Source of the DNA: Anaeramoeba ignava BMAN
Taxonomy: Eukaryota; Protista; Anaeramoebae
Direction of reading: 5' to 3'
DNA length: 64,000 nucleotides
Assembly: GCA_028826165.1 (NCBI GenBank)
Contig: JAPDFW010000067.1
Coordinates: 406,366 to 470,365 of the forward strand
A model generated the notes under the pieces. It was not told the origin of the DNA and made no database searches. It saw nothing but the letters and a program-made list of their open reading frames with translations. Below, one piece after another: positions 52,490 through 61,945 of this stretch. The first letter of the stretch is position 1, and each line of letters starts with the position of its first letter. Position numbers and translations under genes: made by a program.

Positions 52490-52598
52490 ATTACTTTTTT
52501 TTTTTAAAAATCAAAAAATAAGAGAAGAAATTTATTTTTCATTTTTAAAAAATCAGAAAAATAATTTTTCATTTTTTTTCATTTTTTTTTTAAATAAA

Positions 52599-53726
52599 AT
52601 GATTGAAGAAGATATTGATTATCAAGCTATTGTTATTGATAATGGTTCATTTGAAATTAGATCAGGTTTTGCTGGAGATGATTTACCAAAAAAGAATACA
52701 AGAAATATTATTGGGAATTTAATAAATGAATCGAATTTAATAAATTTATCTAAATCACAATATATTGGAAATGAAGCACAAGAAAATAAAGAAATATTAA
52801 ATTTAAGTTATCCAATTCAAAAAGGAATTATTGAAAATTGGAATAATATGGAAAAAATGTGGCATCATATCTTTTATAATGAATTAAAAATTGCACCTGA
52901 AGAACATCCACTTTTAATGGCTGATTCTCCATTTAATCCAAGAAATTCTAAAGATAAAATAAAACAAATCATGTTTGAAACATTTAATACACCAGCATTT
53001 TATCTTGGAAATTCAGGAATATTAACATTATATTCAACAGGAAGAACAACAGGATTTGTTTTTGGAATTGGACATGAAATTACTTTTACTGAACCAATTT
53101 ATGAAGGATATGAAATTTACAATATAATTGATCAATATCAATTTGGAGGAAATGATTTAACAAATTATTTGATTAAATTACTTAAAGAACAAGATTATTC
53201 ATTTGAAAAATCAAATGATACTGAAATTGCAAGAGATATTAAAGAAAAATTATGTTATTGTTCTCTTAATTTTCAACAAGAATTAAATCAAAATGAAACT
53301 GAATTAGAAGAAGCTTATGAATTAAAAAATGGAGATATTATCAGTATTTCAAACGAAAGAATCAAATGTTGTGAATGTTTATTTGAACCTAAAATAATTG
53401 GAATTGATTTAGAAGGAATTCATAAATTAATTTATAATTCAATTATGAAATGTGATATTTCATCAAGAAAAGATTTTTTCAATAATATTATATTAACAGG
53501 AGGAACAACATTATTTCCAAATTTTAAAGAAAGACTTAAAAAAGAAATCAAACAAATTATTCCTGATAAAATGGAAGTTAAAATTATTGCAGATCCAAAT
53601 AGAAAATATTCATCATGGATTGGAGGTTCAATTTTAGCATCACTTTCTACTTTCCAATCTGTATGGATTTCAAAAGAAGAATATGATGAAAGTGGACCTA
53701 CTATACTTACAAGAAAAATATTTTGA
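52599..53726 (+). CDS. Divergent actin-like protein (copy 4)
   Basis: Near-identical to copy 3. The true start MIEEDIDYQ at 52599 is inferred from the paralogs. Confidence 0.92.
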   Translation: MIEEDIDYQAIVIDNGSFEIRSGFAGDDLPKKNTRNIIGNLINESNLINLSKSQYIGNEAQENKEILNLSYPIQKGIIENWNNMEKMWHHIFYNELKIAPEEHPLLMADSPFNPRNSKDKIKQIMFETFNTPAFYLGNSGILTLYSTGRTTGFVFGIGHEITFTEPIYEGYEIYNIIDQYQFGGNDLTNYLIKLLKEQDYSFEKSNDTEIARDIKEKLCYCSLNFQQELNQNETELEEAYELKNGDIISISNERIKCCECLFEPKIIGIDLEGIHKLIYNSIMKCDISSRKDFFNNIILTGGTTLFPNFKERLKKEIKQIIPDKMEVKIIADPNRKYSSWIGGSILASLSTFQSVWISKEEYDESGPTILTRKIF

Positions 53727-53851
53727 ATAAAAAAAATAACAGAAAAAATTTAAAATTAAATTCAAATTCATTCCAATTTATTTTCTAATTTCTTTTTATT
53801 TTTATTTTCGAATTTTAATTTTATTTTTATTTTTATTTTTTATTTTTATTT

Positions 53852-56800
53852 TTAAAGACCGATTCTTCTTGGTTTTCTTCTTGGAGTTCCAATATAAGAT
53901 TGTTTCAAACTATTCTTTTTACTATTAATTAATTTTCTTCTTTTTTGCTCTTCCATTTTTTCTCGATCTTTTTGGATTTGCTTTTCCAAGAGTTCCTTTT
54001 CCATATTAAGCAAATCCTGCTTTTGTTTTTCGTTTTTTTTTCTAAGAGATTGATCTGCAAAATTGAGTCTTAAAGAAAAAAACATAGGACCAAGTTGAGC
54101 GAGCCATTCGGGCTCTACAGCAGTAACGCACTGCATAAACTCTTTTGTAGTCATGACTAGTTCGTGGTACACAACGTAGTCAGGCGTGAAACCTGATCCG
54201 TATAGAGAACTTGTGGGATGCAAGTGGCAAGTTAGGCCTGTTCGTAAATTAACATATTCAACTAATCCTTTGATTTTTGACGCGTGATGAAAAAATGCGG
54301 AACAAATCGATTTGCGAACAAGATCCCAGTTTGATTCGCATGAGATGTACTTGATTTCTTGTTGCTTCATTATCTCAAGTAGTTGTGAACGAACTTCTCT
54401 TACTCTTCGAAGTGCTTTGATATGAATAAAATGTTCAGCTGCCCAATCAGAACTATAATGATTTGCTTTCCATTGTTGATATACATTCAGCAACGTCAGA
54501 TGATCTGATTCTGGAACGAAGAATTTTTCTCTTTTTGGAATCACTTTCATCTTCACGATCTTTTGGTCGGAAGAAAATTGAAGGAACAGAAAGCATTGAA
54601 ACTATTGTTAATATTTCTGCTGAACATCCCAGTTCGACTGATTTAATTAACATTTTTGAAAGTGGTGGATCCAATGGGAATTCTACCATTTTTGCTCCAA
54701 GTTCTGTTAGATCTCCTGTGTTGTCCAGTGCTCCTAATATCCAAAGTTGATACATTGAGTTCAACATGTTGTCATGTGGTGGTGGATCCATAAATTCAAA
54801 TTCTAGTAGATCGTCAATTTCTAAGGATTTTAATAAAAGTACAACATTTCCAAGATTTGTTCTTTGAATTTCTGGAATTGTATTTTCGAGGAGTTCTTCT
54901 GAATATTGTCTGTATGTATAAAGTCGGAAGCACTTTTATATTTTAAAATAAATTTTAAATAAATTTTAATAAATTTTAAATAAATTTCAAATAAATTTTT
55001 AAATATATTTTTAATTATATTTCAATTATATTTTTATATTTCAAATAAATTTTAAATTAATTTCAAATAAATTTTAAATTATATTTTTATATTTCATGTT
55101 TTTGGAATATTTCAATTAAATTTTAAATTAATTTTAAATTATATTTTTATATTTTTAATTAAATTTTAATTATATTTTTATATTTCATGTTTTTGGAATA
55201 TTTCAATTTAAAATTTAATTAAATTTTAAATAAATTTCAATTTAATTTTACAGTCCCAGGTCCTGTTCGCCCAGCTCTTCCTGATCTTTGATTTGCTGCT
55301 GCTTTAGATATTGGTGTAACAGTTAAAGCATCCATCCCAATTTTTGGATTATATACCTTTAATTTGGAATAACCACAATCAACAACATATAAAATACCAT
55401 CAACAGTTAAAGAAGTTTCAGCAATATTAGTAGCAACAATACATTTCCGAGCATTATTTGGTGCTTTATCAAATATTCTTGCTTGAAGATCTGATGGTAA
55501 TTGAGAATATATTGGTAAAATTGCAAGTGGAAGAACATCATCTCCTAATTTTTTAAGTCGATCAGAAATACAATAACAAGTTGTTTCAATATCTTCTTGT
55601 CCAGTCATAAAAACTAATATATCTCCTGGTGGTTTTGATAAATGTATTTCAATGGTTTGCTTAACAGCTGCTTCAACATAATCTTCTAATGGATATTTTG
55701 AATATCGAATCTAAAAAAAAGTTTGTTTTTTGTTTTAATAAATTTTGTTTTTTGTTGTTTTTTTTGTTTTTTGAATAAATTTCTTACTTGAACAGGAAAT
55801 GTTCTTCCAGGAATTTCGAAAATTGGTGCATTTCCAAAGAATGAAGCAAATTTATCAGCATCCATTGTTGCTGAAGTTACAATTAATTTCATATCTCTAC
55901 GAGCAGAAACAATTTTTTTCAAAATACCAAATAAAACATCTGTATGAAGAGATCTTTCATGAGCTAAAATAGAAATATAATAATAAAATTAAATTAATAA
56001 AAAATTTTCCAAAAACATGAAATGAAATGAAATGAAATGAAAACAAACCTTCATCCATTACAACACAACTATATTGTTCCAAATTTGATTGATGCAATGA
56101 TTCTCTTAATAAAACACCGTCAGTCATGTATTTAATAATTGTTTTATCCTTAGTAGAACAATCCTCAAATCTAATTGAATATCCAACCAAATCTCCTAAT
56201 TCACAACCCATTTCTTCACTAACTCTTTTCGCAACTGATACTGCGGCAACTCTTCGTGGTTGTGTGCATCCAATAATCCCACCTTTTGTATATCCTTCTT
56301 CATGTAAGTATTGAGTTAATTGTGTTGTATTATGAGTGATTGTGAAATTATCTGTCAAATAAAGATGAGATTCGTCATCAATATAAATACATTGGCATAA
56401 ATCCTCTCCTATTTTTTCAATTTTAACTATTCTTTTTTCCAATTTATAACTTCCAAATTTTTCGATTTCTGTTTTCTTTGAATTGTCTGAAAAGAATTGC
56501 TCCAAATTTTGATGATAAATTCTCGTTCTCCATTTGTTTCTTGATATTCCATCAATTTTGCAAATTCCTCCAAGAGAATAAACGATTAGTTTAATTGAAT
56601 TGATTAATTTCAATGAACTTGATTCAAAATAAATGTTACATTTCCCATCAAATATGTTTATTTTGCCTGAAAAATCAAGGAATCCGTTCAGAATATTAAT
56701 ACGGATTTCTTTCGAATTATAAATATAATCATTTGGAATAAAAGTACTTTTATCGTTGTTTATATTTTGAAGATTGTATTTCCCAAGATTAAGTTTGATT

Positions 56801-59196
56801 TCGTTGATTTCTTCAAGCGAATAATTTGGGAAAAATTTGGAAAAAGTTTGTGGATCAGAAACAGAAGATTTTTGAGATAATAAAAAGCCAAGTAAATAAG
56901 GATCAATTCCAACATTTTTGGAAGCAAAATGAACAAATTCTGGGGTATCGATTGAAAATCTATATTTTCTATTTGCATTATTATGATTTAAATTTGCGTC
57001 GGAATCAATAAAAAGATTTTTCATCAAATAACTGCAAGAAAGAACTTTTTTAGATTGTGATTTTTTATCATTCACAAACCACAAATGATCCAAACTACAA
57101 TCCACAAATTCATCCAAATCAAAGTGTACTCTATAAACATCAATTTTTCCCTGTGGATAAACATTCAGTATTTTAGAAATTTTTCCATTTGGAGTGCAAA
57201 CATAGTCGCCAATCTTGAGATCCCCATTGTGTTTTGGACCGTTTGGAGTATAAACAGTTGCTGAGTTGCGCAGACTTTTTCCTGAACCTGTTTGTCCAAC
57301 AACAATTACGATGGAATTATCGCGAATAACCTTCATCAAATTTTCTCTGCAATGGAAAATAGGAAGATACTCTCGCTGTTGTTTGAGCGTTTTAGTGCGT
57401 GAAAATTCACTGACTGCTTGAGTTTTTTCTTTTAAATGATGCGCATATTGACTTGATTTTTTGTAATCAACAACTTCGCTGTCTGGAGTGTTGGTTGTTT
57501 GATTAGTTGGTTGTGTATTTTCTTGAGGATTTGTATTTTCGTTTTCCAAAGAAAATTTTTCGTCTCCTTGAAGAAGCTTTGGTTTTTCTTTGATTCCTAT
57601 TGAATCTCCCATTTTGGAGCCAGCAATCTCCCAAAACCGTTGACGAAACTTCATTTTCTCTCTTTCCTTTCGCATTTCTCTTAATAAATTACTTCCTTTT
57701 TTGGCAAATTTGGCAAGATCCGATCCAGGATCCCTAACAGTTAATACAGGTTCTTTTTGCTTTGTAAATGCGATTCTTCCATCTAAAAAAGGCGGTTTCA
57801 AATCATGAACCATAACGCTAATGCGTGATTCATCCTGCTCTATTTGCGTGTTTTCCTCCTTTTGTGTTCTTTCAACAACACCACTAGTGATTAATCTGTT
57901 TTCCTCCCAATTGTCATTTTCTCGATTGATTTGGTTTTGTCTTGCTGTCAATTTTTGTGTTTGTCTGACAGCTAAAGATTGTTCAACAGATTCGAATTTT
58001 TCCAATTTTCCATAAAATGTATTTGAAGTTGATTCAACAGCTCCTGATTCTTCAGCATCGTACCAATTCCGCTCCACATCGATCTCAGCTTCCTCAAATT
58101 CCTTCAATCTTTCTTCGAACTCCTCGTCAGTTTCATCGTCTTTTTTCTCGAGAAACTTTGGCTTCGTGGTTTTTTTCACGTTGCCTTTGTTTTGACTGAA
58201 CCATTTGTTGTATTTGTATGATGGCGTTGCTAATGGTGTTCGATATGCTTCAAATGTTTGAGATGGTTTTCTTTGGGGTGTTGGATCCCATTCTGAGTTT
58301 TTATTTCTTTGTGGTGTTCTTCCATCCCATGATGTTTTTTTAAGTGTTTCTATTAGTTCTTCTCCTGATACTTTCGTTTTTAATTTTGGGTCTTTTATAT
58401 CCCATCCGCTTTCTTTTTCTTGGATTTTCTTTATTTCTGAATAGTGGATTCCTTTTTGCATTCCTTTTTTTCTTTCTTCTATTTGTTGGAGTGTTTTTTC
58501 ATTAACTCCTCCTGTGTGAAAAGGTGTTGGTGGTTGAATTTGTCGATATTTTTGTGTTCGAAATTTTGTTTGATTTTTTTCATTTGTTTCGTTTGAATCA
58601 TTTGAATAATTTTTTTCATTTTTATTTGAATTTGAATAATTTGAATAATTTGAATAATTTTTTTCATTTTTATAATTTGAATATTTTGAATATTTTGAAT
58701 ATTTTGAATTTTTTGAATTTGAATCTGAATATGAATAATTTGGATAATTTTTTTCATTTATTTCATTTGAATCTGAATATTTTGAATCTGAATATGAATA
58801 ATTTGGATAATTTTTATAATTTTTTTCATTTGAATTTGAATATAAATTCTTATGTTTTCTTGAGTTGATAGAAATATCATTATTTTCATCTCTATGTTTA
58901 TATGAATATTTTTCATCTCTATGTTTATATGAATATTTTTCATCTCTATGTCTATATGAATGTTTTTCATCTCTATGTTTATGTGAATGCTTTTCATTTA
59001 TATTTTTATTTATATTTTCATTTATATTTTCATTTATATTTTTATTTGTATTTTTATTTGTATTTCCATTTATATTTCCATTTATATTTCCATTTATATT
59101 TTCATTTATATTTTTATTTTCTTTTGGAGGTAAAATTAAACCACCGTCATCTTCAATAATTTCTTCAAGTCTTTCTGAATTAATAGAAAATTCCAT
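53852..59196 (-). CDS. PRP16: Pre-mRNA splicing DEAH-box helicase Prp16/DHX38 (intein-containing precursor); exons 59196-56049, 55963-55788, 55710-55252, 54932-53852
   Basis: Prp16-specific [38 protein letters not shown]; motifs GQTGSGK[intein][19 protein letters not shown]|[40 protein letters not shown] +1 frameshift lies in an A-run near 54535. Confidence 0.95.
56329..57276 (-). mobile_element. Intein (316 aa, Hint domain + degenerate LAGLIDADG homing endonuclease) in the Prp16 Walker A motif
   Basis: In-frame 948-nt insertion between GSGK and TT. Starts [13 protein letters not shown], block B CSLDHLW, blocks [22 protein letters not shown], followed by Thr+1. Confidence 0.95.
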
Positions 59197-61189
59197 TTTA
59201 TAATAAAAAATAAAAAAATGAAAAAAAAAATGAAAAAAAAAATAAAAAAATAAAAATAAGCAAAAAAAAATGTTTTATTTTTCATTTTAATTTCCTTTTC
59301 TTTTCCTTTTTCTTTTTCTTTATTTAAAATTAATAATAAAAAAAAATCTTTCTATTTCTTTCAAAAAAAATTTTTTTTTCTTAAAGCCTTCCCCCAAAGC
59401 AAAAAATTTTTTCCCAGTCATTTTCTTTTATTTTTATTGATTTTTCTATTGTGAATTTATTTTTATCAAAAAATTGAGAAAAGATTATCATCAATTTCAT
59501 TTTAAATTTTTTTTTTTTTTATTCATTTTTTCTTATTCATTTTTTTTCAAAAATTATAAATAGAAATACACAGAAGAAACATTTATATTTATTCTAACAG
59601 CATTCTCAGAAAAAGTTAGCACGAAATAACTGAAAAAATTTATTAAAATTTTATAGGAATGTGCAATTTTTTTTTAATTTTTTTCAACAAAAACAATTTT
59701 TTATTATTTTTCCATGCTTTAATTTGAAGATATATTCTTCTTTTAATATCATGCAAAAAAACTGCCATGTTTAAATGAAAAATAAAAGAAAAATATTTAC
59801 CTCTAATCAATCAATTTTTGTATTTTTCCTTTTTGTTTATTTAAAAGATCACACAATATAAAAAAAAATATTTTTTTTCTGGCAGATCAATATTCACTTT
59901 TTGACAACTTTTTTTTTGTTTCTTTTATTTTTTCTCTTTCAATTTTGTTTCAATTTGTTTTTGAAAAAAAAAATGAAAAATTTCAAAAAAAAAAAAACTA
60001 ATCTTCGTCTTTGTTATATATGTGGGAAAAATGAAACCAAAAAAAGGAAAAAAACCAACCCAAATTCTTCTAGAATGCTCCAAAGAAGCTATTAAGAGCA
60101 AATATTGTTGTTCAAGATGCTATAATGATAATGCAAAAATGGTAAATTTTGTTTTTCTCCCTTTTATTTTTTTAATTCTCTTTTTTTGATAGATCAAGAA
60201 AAAGAACAAAATAAAGACATTAAAAGATCAAATAATGAATTAAATACTAATATAAAGAATTGAAAAATCAAATCAAAAAATTTAGAAGAAACGAACAAAA
60301 ATGGATTAATTTGTCTTATTCAAAAGATGCTCATATAGATTTGTATGCACAAAATGGAAGAAAAATTGATGACACAAATGAAAAAGTTGAAAACTTAGTA
60401 AACAAAAATCACAAGAGATAGAAAGCTTTATCTCTTGAAATTTTAGAATTGAGAAGAAAATTAGTGCAATCTATGGAAGAAAAACATGAGACTAAAAGAT
60501 GGTTCTTATTTAGAAAATTCCAAATTAGTTCTTGATTTATGAGCGGAGAAAAGAAAATTTATACAAACAACTCATGAAAAAGGAAGAAGAATTAAAAGAA
60601 ACTAGAAGAAGACTTTATTATCATGGTTTGGAAAACCCAAAAATGAAAATCAAAACAAGAATCTGCGAAAAATCAAGTAATTGAAGAAAAACAGAGTAAA
60701 ACTAAAAATACTGGGGAAAATCAAGATTCATTATATAAAACCTTGAAAATCACCACAAGAAACCTGTCATATACAAAAATTTCAAAGATTCATATCGAAA
60801 CAGATAGAAAATTTTCGTTCAGTTTTCAATAGGAGCCAAAATGGACTCGTCATTTCCAAACTTTATCGTTCTCAATATGTTGAATATTAAAACCACAAGA
60901 AGGATGACAAAGAATATTGCCAGATGTCAAATATAAAAGTTAAGTTCAACGTTGAAGAAATGTACAAAACAAAAATTGATAACAAAATTAGAGAAGAAAA
61001 AAGACCCTGAACAATCGGACATGATTCAACATATGAAAAGAAAATTTTATTTCAAACAAACAAAAATCATGAAAAATCTTGCAAAATCACTTTTCTTAGG
61101 GAATAAATTGGAAGAAAAAGAAGAAATCTTGAATTTCCAAACTGAATTAACTGAAAAGTCATAATTGTATTGAAAATAAAGAAGGAATG

Positions 61190-61382
61190 CAAGAATAAGA
61201 ATAAGAATAAGAATAAGAATAAGAATAAGAATAAGAAACAAGAATAAGAATAAAAATAAAAATAAAAATAAGAATAAGAATAAGAATAAGATAAGAATAA
61301 GAATAAGAATAAGAATAAGAATAAGAATAAGAATAAGAATAAGAATAAGAATAAGAATAAGAATAAGAATAAGAATAAGAAG
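61190..61382. repeat. (AAGAAT)n microsatellite
   Basis: Directly visible. Confidence 0.92.
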
Positions 61383-61444
61383 ATGAAAAACATCATAAAA
61401 ACATCATAAAAACATCATAAAAACATAAATTCAAGGATCCACAA

Positions 61445-61945
61445 AATGATGAAAATAATGAAAATAATGAAAAAAATGAAAATAATGAATTTAATGAAAT
61501 GATGAAAAATAATGGAAATGATGAAAATAATGAAAATAATAATGAAAATAATCAAAAATAATCAAAATAATGAAAATAATCAAAAACAATGAAAACAATG
61601 AAATGATGATGAAAATAATGAAAATAATGAAAAATAATGAAAATAATGAAAATAATGAAAATAATGAAAAAAATAATGAAAAAATCAAAAGAATAATGAA
61701 AATAATCAAAATAATGAAAAACAATGAAAATAATGAAAATGATGAAAAATAATCAAAATAATGAAAAATAATGAAAATAAATCAAAACAATGAAAATAAT
61801 CAAAACAGGTGGAAAATAATAAAAACAATGAAAAACGTGAAAATAAAAAAAATAATAAAAATAATGAAAATCAATGAAAAATAATGAAATAAATGAAAAT
61901 AATGAAAAATAATGAAAATAATGAAAATGAAAATAATGATAAAAG
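61445..61945. repeat. Degenerate (AATGAAAAT)n minisatellite; a second tract lies at ~62853-63145
   Basis: Directly visible 9-bp periodicity. Confidence 0.88.

Noticed and set aside
52446-52598. 51-aa N-terminal extension of actin copy 4 given by the ORF track
   Set aside because: It overlaps the end of copy 3 and the T-rich promoter; paralogs start at MIEED (52599).
56329-57276. The Prp16 insert as a retained spliceosomal or group I intron
   Set aside because: No GT-AG boundaries, fully in frame, and all intein splice-junction residues are present.
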